Position numbers and translations under genes: made by a program | The notes under the pieces: model-generated | Database searches by the model: none | What the model was told of the DNA's origin: nothing | Seen by the model: the letters and a program-made list of their open reading frames with translations, nothing else | Shown: positions 1-7,793 of the stretch, piece by piece | How the letters are laid out: every line of letters starts with the position of its first letter | Numbering within the stretch: the first letter of the stretch is position 1 | Virus record (IMG/VR): IMGVR_UViG_3300035454_001303 | Coordinates: 18,187 to 82,186 of that record | DNA: 64,000 nt | Origin: a virus | Lineage: Duplodnaviria; Caudoviricetes | Strand: one strand, 5' to 3'

Positions 1-97
1 CCGTGTCCATGACAGCACCGGTGCATTTCTCACACTCATCTATGTCTTTGTCGCGTAGATGCCAGTCGGCGGTATGCAAAACCTTAAAAGTCTTCAT
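1..97 (-). CDS. SbcD/Mre11-like metallophosphoesterase nuclease, N-terminal fragment (runs off the window edge)
   Basis: Not in the ORF track. ATG at 97 with upstream GAGG translates MKTFKVLHTADWHLRDKDIDECEKC; HTADWHL is calcineurin-like phosphoesterase motif I. Confidence 0.75.
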   Translation of the reverse strand, partial: MKTFKVLHTADWHLRDKDIDECEKCTGAVMDT

Positions 98-110
98 GGC
101 TATACCTCGC

Positions 111-1199
111 TTATCGTTTTTCAGCGGGATGGGCTGAGGTTGCGTCTTTCAGCGACATCAGGTGTTTGAAAAGTTCGAGGCGTTTTTCCGGGGCAACATC
201 AACCAGGGGCTTCTTGACCTTTTCCAGCCACCCGGCGAGGTGGTAACCTTTTTTCTTCGCCATACCTTCCAACGTTTTTGCCTGATCCTCTGGAGGGCTG
301 TTTTGGAAATCAATGGTGCTGCCGTCGACCGGGGTGGCTGAGCTACTGCCCTTTTCGTTCCCTGTATCGGGTTTCTTCTGATCTGAATTTCCAGTGCTCG
401 GAGGAATGTCAATGGGTGGATCTTGGCCAAAGATATTCTTGGCGGCCTGCTTCCCGCTTTCGATTGCCTGAGCGCGGGTTGTCGAATTGGAATAGTCGGG
501 GCGCAAGATGACGCGAGCGGTGATGAACGGTTTCCTTAACTGCTTCAGGCTGTACGAGTTTTTTAACCCGATAGCTCCGCGAATTACCCGCTCCATCGCC
601 CCAGTCTCCACGATGGCGAGCTTGTGTTCACGCTTCTGCATCAGATCCCTTTTGACACAGTAGGTGATATATTCTTCTTTCTCCTTGTCTGTGGCCGCCC
701 TCTCTCCGCCCTTGTCTTTCTTCGTCAGCTTCTTGGCCTTGGCTATGTATGATTCACGATACTTCTCTTCAAGAACGATAAAATCCAGGTCGTCATGCCC
801 GACGAACGGAACCTCTTGCCCGTCCGGAGAGAGTATTGATCCGACCGACTTGAATGCGATGTAGTCGCGTTCATGCTTTTCGATACCGGATTCCTTGGGC
901 CACCATTTTAAGCCGGCCATGTAGGGGCCTGAGATTCTCATTAGAGCGGTTTTGTGAAGGCGGTATCGTTTCGCTTCACTTGCTGCCGCGTTGTCGTCTG
1001 CGTAGATTTCACCATCAGCAAGGTCGGTACTGACGGTTGTCTGCGCGATGGCCAGCGCGTATTGATCGGCAAGGCCGACAATAAGCGTTTCCGGAATAAG
1101 CACATTCCATCCGGCTTTTTTCGCCTCATCGAAGAGGTTTTTTACCTCAGTGAGGTCGGTTGACATCGATGGTATTGTCAGAGACTTTTCTTCTGCCAT
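111..1199 (-). CDS. Phage hypothetical protein, possibly a recombination/strand-annealing factor
   Basis: 362-aa ORF with GGAGG SD, directly upstream of the SbcD-like gene. Low-complexity linker and short C-terminal domain. Function inferred from context only. Confidence 0.55.
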   Translation of the reverse strand: MAEEKSLTIPSMSTDLTEVKNLFDEAKKAGWNVLIPETLIVGLADQYALAIAQTTVSTDLADGEIYADDNAAASEAKRYRLHKTALMRISGPYMAGLKWWPKESGIEKHERDYIAFKSVGSILSPDGQEVPFVGHDDLDFIVLEEKYRESYIAKAKKLTKKDKGGERAATDKEKEEYITYCVKRDLMQKREHKLAIVETGAMERVIRGAIGLKNSYSLKQLRKPFITARVILRPDYSNSTTRAQAIESGKQAAKNIFGQDPPIDIPPSTGNSDQKKPDTGNEKGSSSATPVDGSTIDFQNSPPEDQAKTLEGMAKKKGYHLAGWLEKVKKPLVDVAPEKRLELFKHLMSLKDATSAHPAEKR

Positions 1200-1239
1200 G
1201 ATTGGCCTCCAGTCCGCGCCGTTTACGGCGCCTATAGGG

Positions 1240-1506
1240 TTAAGCTGCTACAGTTTTTCCGCCAGCGATCCGGTATTCCCAATACCCTCCTCCCAGCGGC
1301 GATGCTGCTACGTCCATTCCGTGATCCTTCAAATATTCACGGACTTCCGAAATCCTGCCTGTGCTATTAAGAATGCACATTTCCTTTACAATCTTGACAT
1401 TGGTTACCGGGCCTTGCTTTAGCCGCTCATAAACCCTGTAGTTCTGAGATCCCTTCTTGAAAGGGTTTGCAGGGTAAGGAGTGAAGTCAAAACCCATCTG
1501 AGTCAT
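1240..1506 (-). CDS. Small winged-helix DNA-binding protein
   Basis: Likely start MTQMGFDF at 1506 (GGAGA SD). NYRVYERLKQGPVTNVKIVKEMCILNSTGRISEVREYL followed by a beta-wing (GGYWEYRI). Confidence 0.55.
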   Translation of the reverse strand: MTQMGFDFTPYPANPFKKGSQNYRVYERLKQGPVTNVKIVKEMCILNSTGRISEVREYLKDHGMDVAASPLGGGYWEYRIAGGKTVAA

Positions 1507-1684
1507 TCTTCGTTCTCCCTGTACTGTTTCAGGCATCGTTTGCAGATAGGACCCTTCTTTGATGATGCGTCCTTCATCTTTCCCAGCCGAGGGCACAGGA
1601 TGTATCGAAAGCGCTCAGGCCCGTTCGATATGTGCCGGGTTCGTCCCAGCCCGAGAGTTACGAATGAATGAGGGTGCTTGAGGT

Positions 1685-1933
1685 TCATTTAAACGCGCAC
1701 CGCCTTCCTTTTGCGTCGATGAAGTAGGGATCTTTCGGCCATTCATAGATGATCGAAATCTGCTTATGAAGGCCGTGCTTCTTCAAGAGCCTCTGAAACT
1801 CAAGGCGCTCGCCATACGATTTGAAGCCGCCACAATCCTCGTACTGCCAAACGGACGCAGTGGGAATTTGCCCTGGCCAGAAGATCAGAAGAAAGAAGGC
1901 CGCGAGCGAGATGATGACGATCCGCCGCCTCAT
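1685..1933 (-). CDS. Hypothetical protein with N-terminal membrane anchor
   Basis: MRRRIVIISLAAFFLLIFWPG. The ATG at 1933 overlaps the upstream stop (ATGA coupling). Confidence 0.55.
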   Translation of the reverse strand: MRRRIVIISLAAFFLLIFWPGQIPTASVWQYEDCGGFKSYGERLEFQRLLKKHGLHKQISIIYEWPKDPYFIDAKGRRCAFK

Positions 1934-2082
1934 CCCTGGAAGATCCTCACAACCGCGAAGGCGAAGTAGCCCATCGCAAATGCGACAAACAGTTCCATCG
2001 GTCTTTCGAGTTTCTTGAAAAAGCATTCAGCCTGTTTCTCGAAACGACCACTCTCAACCCAATCCCTGATACGATCTGCCAT
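1930..2082 (-). CDS. Small membrane protein (50 aa)
   Basis: MADRIRDWVESGRF...LFVAFAMGYFAFAVVRIFQG with GGAGAAGG SD; its stop overlaps the next start. Confidence 0.5.
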   Translation of the reverse strand: MADRIRDWVESGRFEKQAECFFKKLERPMELFVAFAMGYFAFAVVRIFQG

Positions 2083-2272
2083 TCCGTCCCTTCTCCTTTC
2101 TGAGGGAGGGGGTGCGGCCCTATGGCGAAGGCCGCACCCACAATGAGAATCCGCATACCGTATGGCCGGTATCACGCCACTTTGACGGATTCGTGGGCTT
2201 AGGCCGGGCTTTGGAGCCACCCGGGACAATCCAGCGTCTTGAAGCGCCAAACAGCGGGCATCCGTCGCGTTC

Positions 2273-2345
2273 TGGTGGCGGGGCGTGGAATCGAACCACG
2301 AGAACCGGGCTTATGAGGCCCAGCGAGATACCAATCTTCCCCGCA
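2273..2345 (-). tRNA. tRNA-Met(CAT)-like gene with atypical short D-arm
   Basis: Reverse complement: TGCGGGG/CCCCGCC acceptor with 1:72 mismatch, A73, encoded CCA; T-arm CGTGG-TTCGATT-CCACG; anticodon arm TGGGC-CTCATAA-GCCCG; 73 nt total. Confidence 0.7.
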
Positions 2346-2495
2346 ATAAAAAGAACCTTGCTGCTTTTCCGTTCTCCGGGTCTTCCCGAGTGGGAGCCGG
2401 TTCACGACTTGCCGATGTCCATGTGCCGCGTTCGGTTCAGCGCTGTTCAGTTGGCTGCCGGTTGACGGCGGACTGTCGAACAATCAAGAGGAACG

Positions 2496-2508
2496 GTTTT
2501 CAAAGATC
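2496..2508 (-). promoter_or_regulatory. boxA-like antitermination element in the leftward early leader
   Basis: GATCTTTGAAAAC on the minus strand, about 80 nt downstream of the leftward promoter, directly after a CCCCTCC/GGAGGGG-closed hairpin. Confidence 0.45.
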
Positions 2509-2589
2509 CCCTCCGACTTTGGCGGTCACGGCCCTGGGGCTACGCCTGGCGGGAGGGGTGAACGACGCTTTGTCGCTCTGTTGGGTGGG

Positions 2590-2619
2590 ATAATACACAG
2601 ATTAATCTGCGCTTGTCAA
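2590..2619 (-). promoter_or_regulatory. Leftward early promoter (PL-like)
   Basis: TTGACA - 18 nt - TATTAT, with an extended -10 TG and an operator palindrome in the spacer. Confidence 0.75.
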
Positions 2620-2642
2620 GAGAATTTTACAGATTAATCTGT
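2598..2642. promoter_or_regulatory. Two repressor operator palindromes (left)
   Basis: CAGATTAATCTG at 2598-2609 and ACAGATTAATCTGT at 2629-2642, both perfect palindromes. Confidence 0.75.
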
Positions 2643-2811
2643 TTTGAAATAACACATTGGATATGCTAAAGAAAATAATGATTTGTGGGCAAGTTATGGA
2701 GGAAGCTACTGGAGGGGGAAAGAAAAAATCAACCACAAAAGCTATCAGGTACGACACCTTCCGTGATCGGGAGTGGCGGTCTTTGGTTGGTTTTTAAGAA
2801 CGATCATGCAG

Positions 2812-3390
2812 CTATTGCTTGAGAATATTTCCTTCTGCATCAATGGCGCGCACAATTTCGCTCTTCGCATGTTTGCTTGAAATCTTCAAGCCGTTCGCGC
2901 TGCCGTCCTGAATGGATATTACGACATCGTTTGAGGCTTTGAACCCATAGGAATAGAGCTTTTCGATGGATATAGTTCCTTTTGGTTCATCACTGAAATA
3001 GGCTTGCGCGGAAGTGTATGCGTTTTTTAGATCAATTATAGTAGCCTTCTCGTATCCGCGTTCTACATAGCCATTATAGCAATTAGTGTAAGACAATTGC
3101 ATGCCTTGGTTGACTGCGGATGTCGGTTGTTTGCCTACGCGACCATATGAATCATAACCGTCTTGGCAAGCCATCTGCACAAGTCCTTCTGGATAATTGG
3201 CATTTTTAATGCTTTTCAACATCTGATCGGGAAGCATCCCCTTTGCGGATTTGTAATAGCAGTCCTTCTTTATTCTCACATAATCGGAGCAAACGCGACG
3301 GGCCTCTTGTTCCAGCGACTCGGAAAATACAATCGCAGGCGATATAATAAGAAAAAGAATGCTCAAAAAACTAAAGAATAACCTTTTCAT
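2812..3390 (-). CDS. Secreted protein with a C-terminal type IV pilin-like globular domain (moron)
   Basis: Sec-type signal peptide and a 4-Cys N-terminal domain. The C-terminal RGYEKATIIDLKNAYTSAQAYFSD...GFKASNDVVISI...LKISSKH resembles the alpha1-C/beta region of deltaproteobacterial pilins (from recall). Confidence 0.55.
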   Translation of the reverse strand: MKRLFFSFLSILFLIISPAIVFSESLEQEARRVCSDYVRIKKDCYYKSAKGMLPDQMLKSIKNANYPEGLVQMACQDGYDSYGRVGKQPTSAVNQGMQLSYTNCYNGYVERGYEKATIIDLKNAYTSAQAYFSDEPKGTISIEKLYSYGFKASNDVVISIQDGSANGLKISSKHAKSEIVRAIDAEGNILKQ

Positions 3391-3403
3391 TTGCTACCTT
3401 CCT

Positions 3404-4678
3404 TTATTCGGACCAAGGCTCCACAGAAACTTCGATTTTCGTCACATATTTCAGCTTTTCCACGTCCATAGACACGGGGACATTCATCTTGAATGCCGCG
3501 TCTTCAATAATCATTATATGGCTTGTCTTGGAGTCCCTCCAAAGAATTCCGGGAGGATAGAAGGCGGAAAATTCATTTCCTCCTTCAAGAACTCGGTCAG
3601 TATCATGACTTATTGATTTGGCTTTCTTCTCTTTTGTGACCCTTTTCGCTGACGGCTTCGGGTTGTCGTCGGTAAGGCCGAACATTCCCTTGACGAAACT
3701 TCCTATTGTGCTGTCTTCGCGCTCTTTCACTCTTTTTCTGAAATCGTCTTTGCTCTTGAAGGTGTATGACGATGCAGCTACACTTTGACCATCATTATCT
3801 TTAAAAACAAGGGATATGGACATGCTATCAGGACGCGGGGGAAGGTTTAAAAGGGTGAAGGCGCTCTTGCTTTTTTGTGCCTTGGAAAAAGGTTGCTCAT
3901 GCACCAATTGCCTATCCAGGACGTAGCATCTTTCGGCCTTTCCAATCCATGCCATTGAATTTGTCGAAAAGCAAACAACTTGATCGTTTTCCGGGTTATA
4001 TCGAGATCCCTTTTCAAAAGAAGAAATCCCAACCGAGCCGTAGTCTTTCATGGAAACATTCCGAATGGTTTCTCTGAAGCCTCTCGTGAATTCTTTATCC
4101 CATCTTACCGTTATGGGAATATTCACGCTGGCTGTCTCTTGACGGTGATCCGTCCCGTTGATCACGGGCTTGCCTATATCAAATTTATAGGCGGCTTGCG
4201 GGTACCTGGAGAGAGCCGCCCCCAGCAATTTCGATCCGCTTTGCTTCTGATCTATCTTGCTGATCGCCTCCCCGAACAGGCTTTCACCTTCCACTTTTTT
4301 CGTGGCGATATTCAGGGATTCAATCTTTTGCGCCAGCTTTGTCGATATGACCAGCGCTTCAATCTTTATTACGGTTAGCCCATCATCATTCTTTTCTTCC
4401 GATATTACGCGAGAATCCTTCACATAGCCGGCGCTGTGCGTCAGGACCTCATCTTTCAGGACCTGGGCATTCTGGACAATAGTATCGGATGAAACATAAA
4501 GGCCGATGACCTGTTCAACGGCGTTCCGGATCGCGCTCCGCGTGGCCTTTTCGGAATCTATCCCGGTACCGGTCGCAACAACCTTCTCTATACGTTCTGG
4601 AGATTGGACTTGGGGCAGGGCATATGATGGGAGTAGTAGTAAAAAAATGAGCGACAAAACAAAAACGCTGCGCTTCAT
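3404..4678 (-). CDS. Secreted protein with LPP20/FlgT-N-like domain (moron)
   Basis: Signal peptide. VATGTGIDSEKATRSAIRNAVEQVIGLYVSSDTIVQN...GYVKDSRVISE fits the LPP20/FlgT-N pattern. Confidence 0.6.
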   Translation of the reverse strand: MKRSVFVLSLIFLLLLPSYALPQVQSPERIEKVVATGTGIDSEKATRSAIRNAVEQVIGLYVSSDTIVQNAQVLKDEVLTHSAGYVKDSRVISEEKNDDGLTVIKIEALVISTKLAQKIESLNIATKKVEGESLFGEAISKIDQKQSGSKLLGAALSRYPQAAYKFDIGKPVINGTDHRQETASVNIPITVRWDKEFTRGFRETIRNVSMKDYGSVGISSFEKGSRYNPENDQVVCFSTNSMAWIGKAERCYVLDRQLVHEQPFSKAQKSKSAFTLLNLPPRPDSMSISLVFKDNDGQSVAASSYTFKSKDDFRKRVKEREDSTIGSFVKGMFGLTDDNPKPSAKRVTKEKKAKSISHDTDRVLEGGNEFSAFYPPGILWRDSKTSHIMIIEDAAFKMNVPVSMDVEKLKYVTKIEVSVEPWSE

Positions 4679-4688
4679 TAAGGAAACC

Positions 4689-4907
4689 TCAACTATTAAG
4701 AATTGTTTGATTTATCTTCTTGAACTTCCCTCTCATGGCAAGCCAGGCCGGGAACCCGATTATCCATAGAAGCAATGTCACAAAGAACCATCCACCCGGT
4801 CCCATGTTTGCCAGTCCCGTAACTTGGCCTTTCTTCACACCGATAGACTTCGCGTCGAAATAAACCCAAATTGCGGTGCCGATGACAACGAGCCAGATGA
4901 TTTCCAT
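4689..4907 (-). CDS. Small two-TM membrane protein (possible superinfection exclusion)
   Basis: 72 aa, two hydrophobic segments (WLVVIGTAIWVYFDA; WFFVTLLLWIIGFPAWL); GGAGG SD. Confidence 0.65.
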   Translation of the reverse strand: MEIIWLVVIGTAIWVYFDAKSIGVKKGQVTGLANMGPGGWFFVTLLLWIIGFPAWLAMRGKFKKINQTILNS

Positions 4908-5004
4908 GAAATTTCCCTCCTATTATCCTACAGTTGCCGCCTATTTTTTGCCGGGAATTCCCCCTTTATTACGACTGCACCGGGTCGGAGGTCCAGCAAG
5001 TATA

Positions 5005-5547
5005 TCACATTGCCTTCTTTTTTTTGATAGACGATTCTCTTTTTTTCTCTTTTGTACCCGAGCAGTCTTGCCGTTCCCGGTTCTTTAATTCCCTTACGTC
5101 TTCTTCGAGTTTTTCAATCTTCGCATCACGCTGTGCCGCCTTTTCATCTTTGATTACAGATTCTTTGAACTCTCTTATATTCGATGACAGCGCTTGCTTT
5201 ACGCCAGGATTCTTTGAGTTAAAAATATATTCGAGATCCGGATAGACGGCCCGCAACTCAGAGGGCATAAGCACAATTGGGATATCTACATCGGGAGGTG
5301 CCGGGGAAGATGCGTCCTTGTTCCCTCTCCCTGTCAGCAACCAGTCGATGTTTATATCCAAGTATTCCTTTATTAGTAATAACTGCCGGATATCTGGAAG
5401 AGATTGGCCCAAACACCATACCCTAACCGTTTCCATGGCTACGTCTACGGCTTTAGCAAATTCGCTTTTATTTCTGTTTTCGATAGCTTTTTTCAGACGG
5501 TCGCCAAAGCCATCGTAAACAGATTTATCTGGCTTTTTTCTTGACAT
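5005..5547 (-). CDS. cI: CI-like phage repressor (XRE HTH)
   Basis: FGDRLKKAIENRNKSEFAKAVDVAMETVRVWCLGQSLPDIRQLLLIKEYLDINIDWLLTG is a typical repressor HTH. Divergent from cro/cII. No recognisable S24 peptidase domain. Confidence 0.85.
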   Translation of the reverse strand: MSRKKPDKSVYDGFGDRLKKAIENRNKSEFAKAVDVAMETVRVWCLGQSLPDIRQLLLIKEYLDINIDWLLTGRGNKDASSPAPPDVDIPIVLMPSELRAVYPDLEYIFNSKNPGVKQALSSNIREFKESVIKDEKAAQRDAKIEKLEEDVRELKNRERQDCSGTKEKKRESSIKKKKAM

Positions 5548-5561
5548 CGCAGATTAACCTG
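5520..5561. promoter_or_regulatory. Two operator sites (right), each one mismatch from the left palindrome
   Basis: CAGATTTATCTG at 5520-5531 (inside cI) and CAGATTAACCTG at 5550-5561. Confidence 0.65.
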
Positions 5562-5569
5562 TGTATCTT
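5541..5569 (+). promoter_or_regulatory. Rightward early promoter (PR-like)
   Basis: TTGACA - 17 nt - TATCTT; nearly identical to the leftward promoter, including CGCAGATTAAyCTGTG and the downstream CCACCC. Confidence 0.7.
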
Positions 5570-5605
5570 ACCACCCGAAATCATATCCTGACCAAAGGAG
5601 GTCCG

Positions 5606-5815
5606 ATGGACGACATTGATTATGTTTTGCAAGCCTATGATCGCTTGCCTATCCCGAGCATGACGCGCACTGCGTCGCGCCGCTCAGCTTTATCCAGGTC
5701 CTTAAAGCCTGCCGTGTTTTCCGTAATGTCTTGCAGGCGTCGGGTTTGCCCGAGAATGTCAACAAAGAGGCGCTCTTTGTCATCATCTTCGAGGCTGCCG
5801 TGTTGCGCAAAATAA
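5606..5815 (+). CDS. Small ORF with strong SD, overlapping an antisense gene
   Basis: AAAGGAGGT at 5594-5602 before ATG 5606; becomes Ser/Arg-rich where it overlaps 5635-5880. Confidence 0.3.
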   Translation: MDDIDYVLQAYDRLPIPSMTRTASRRSALSRSLKPAVFSVMSCRRRVCPRMSTKRRSLSSSSRLPCCAK

Positions 5816-5880
5816 AGCATCTGCGCTGTGTACCAGGCATTGACGAGCATGGCGGTGTAAATGTCTTTATTGTCCATCAC
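5635..5880 (-). CDS. Hypothetical protein within the immunity region
   Basis: 81 aa, helical composition, AAAGGA SD. Confidence 0.5.
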   Translation of the reverse strand: MMDNKDIYTAMLVNAWYTAQMLYFAQHGSLEDDDKERLFVDILGQTRRLQDITENTAGFKDLDKAERRDAVRVMLGIGKRS

Positions 5881-5952
5881 AATTCCTTTGTTCTGAGAAA
5901 AATCCTACTCGTCGGAGTAGGAAAACCACTTAATATTGGGTGAAACAACATC

Positions 5953-6222
5953 ATGATCGAAGATCTCCGAATCGAATGCGAGGTCCTTAGAGCCAAGCTC
6001 AGACTCAACAAAAAAGGGAGCTGCAAAGAGCTTGCCGAATCCATTGGGGTCAACAGCAATTCGCTCAATATGGCCTTGTCCGGATTGCGTAATGGCCCTG
6101 GGTCCGAACAGCTTTTGACCAAGCTGCGGGACCACTTGTCCAATCTGTTCGCGCTCCGCAAGAAAGGTTCGGCGATTTCGCGGGACTGCGGAGATCAGTT
6201 GCCGAGAGCGGCGAACGGATGA
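5953..6222 (+). CDS. Cro-like HTH regulator
   Basis: KELAESIGVNSNSLNMALSGLRNG helix-turn-helix; first regulator of the rightward operon. Confidence 0.7.
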   Translation: MIEDLRIECEVLRAKLRLNKKGSCKELAESIGVNSNSLNMALSGLRNGPGSEQLLTKLRDHLSNLFALRKKGSAISRDCGDQLPRAANG

Positions 6223-6342
6223 CCCTTTTACCCTTATGGTGGGACATAACACAGTTTTCATGTCAAGACAAAACCTTTTTTTGGTTAGAAGCATAATGAA
6301 CAGATGAATTTATCTCAATTATAGACTTGCGGGGGGATCATA

Positions 6343-6816
6343 ATGAAATCATACGAGGCCATCCAGAGGGCGGTAGCTGGGAAAACGATAGAACACGCGA
6401 AGCGGCTCCATAAATCGGTGCCGCTTCTTCATAAATGGATGGAGCCCTCGACTGACTTCGATGATTCCGGATCGTACAACCCCCTTGATCGTATCGAAAC
6501 GATCATCGAAACAAGCCTATCTCTCGGGTGCCATCCAGATGATGCGGTCGCACCCATCCAATACCTTGCCGAACGTTTCAGCCTCATAGTCATTTCCATC
6601 CCCAAAACAAACGGGAAGATGGAAGACCTGTCGAAAGAACTCCTGAAGACCATTTCTGAGTTTGGTGATCTCTCGAAGGAAGCATCGAAGTCCATGAGGA
6701 ACGGAACCATATCTATGAGCGAAGCAAAGCGGATTGAAAAAGAAGCCTGGGAGTTGAGCCGCCAAGTATCCGTGTTCATCCAAAAGGTGAACCTGGTGGC
6801 CGCTTCGAGAGGGTAA
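6343..6816 (+). CDS. Phage regulatory protein, CII (CP76)-like
   Basis: Position after cro; N-terminal HTH-like segment and C-terminal ...ELLKTISEFGDLSKEASKSMRNGTISMSEAKRIEKEA typical of this family. Confidence 0.7.
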   Translation: MKSYEAIQRAVAGKTIEHAKRLHKSVPLLHKWMEPSTDFDDSGSYNPLDRIETIIETSLSLGCHPDDAVAPIQYLAERFSLIVISIPKTNGKMEDLSKELLKTISEFGDLSKEASKSMRNGTISMSEAKRIEKEAWELSRQVSVFIQKVNLVAASRG

Positions 6817-6820
6817 GGAT

Positions 6821-6976
6821 ATGGAAGAGGAAAAGAAACCATGCACCAAATGTGACGGGAAAGGGCAGATCGTTTACGGGTCCGACACCGAAGGCGGTCG
6901 TGAATCCTCAAAATGTGACTGCATGGATAAGGTTTTGAAGCTGTTTGAGCCGACGCCAGATGTCGTCGCTGATTGA
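6821..6976 (+). CDS. Small zinc-finger protein (51 aa)
   Basis: Not in the track. MEEEKKPCTKCDGKGQIVYG...KCDC, a CxxCxGxG DnaJ-type finger. Confidence 0.5.
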   Translation: MEEEKKPCTKCDGKGQIVYGSDTEGGRESSKCDCMDKVLKLFEPTPDVVAD

Positions 6977-7346
6977 TCGGGCGGATGGGATATGGAGCGG
7001 GATCATAAAAGAGCGCGATCCAGTTTGCCGGATCTGCGGAATGGAACCGACCACCGAAGCTCATCACATCGCCCACAGGGGAAGATTCGCGACGAGATAT
7101 CTTCTCGAGAACGGTCTCGGACTCGGCACATGGTGCCATCACGAAAACGGTCATGATCGGCCTGAATATTTTGAAAGCGAGATCCGCCGTGTAATCGGCG
7201 ATGAACTTTACGACAGGCTGATGGAGATGTCCCACAGGCTCGTAAAGCGCAATAGATGGTTCATTCAAGAACAGATTGAAAACATGAAGAGGGGGCGTGC
7301 GGCCCTTCTTGAAGAAAGAAAAAACCTGAGAGAGGGGCGGAGGTAA
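6945..7346 (+). CDS. NinG/Rap-like HNH-type nuclease
   Basis: RDPVCRICG...EAHH...RY...ENGLGL..WCHH; ATG at 6960 is a probable start. Confidence 0.65.
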   Translation: MSRRQMSSLIDRADGIWSGIIKERDPVCRICGMEPTTEAHHIAHRGRFATRYLLENGLGLGTWCHHENGHDRPEYFESEIRRVIGDELYDRLMEMSHRLVKRNRWFIQEQIENMKRGRAALLEERKNLREGRR

Positions 7347-7399
7347 GGACGGGGTCTGAAAAGACCTGTACCTGAGTCCCGCCCCAAAAGCGAAACGCT

Positions 7400-7792
7400 A
7401 TGACCCTACGCCTTAACAGCATGGTTGAATATCAGGCCCTTGTCGCCAGGATGAAAAGCAAAGACCTGCCGGCAATACCATGCGAGGCGCCGAAGGAAAG
7501 CAAATTCCATTCGGTGATCACCGAGGCCCTGGGGATCAAGTTCCACAGCAAAAAAGAGGCGAGATACTTCCTTGAGTTGGTTTGTCGCCAGAAGGCGGGG
7601 GAGATCAAATATTTCTTCCGGCAAGTCCCGATCCGGTTGCCGGGAAACACGAAATACATTGTGGACTTTCAGGAGTTCCATGCGGACGGATCGGTTCACT
7701 ACATTGACGTGAAGGGTAAAAAGACGCCGGCCTACATCAAGAACAAGAAGCAGGTTGAAGCCCTTTACCCAATCATCATCGAAGAGGCATGA
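7400..7792 (+). CDS. DUF1064-family (PD-(D/E)xK-like) endonuclease
   Basis: KFHSKKEARYF...RQVP...YIVDF...DVKG...KKQV. Confidence 0.8.
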   Translation: MTLRLNSMVEYQALVARMKSKDLPAIPCEAPKESKFHSVITEALGIKFHSKKEARYFLELVCRQKAGEIKYFFRQVPIRLPGNTKYIVDFQEFHADGSVHYIDVKGKKTPAYIKNKKQVEALYPIIIEEA

Positions 7793-7793
7793 A

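Noticed and set aside
5905-6294. 129-aa minus-strand ORF over cro
   Set aside because: Antisense to a convincing HTH gene, with no motif or clear SD.
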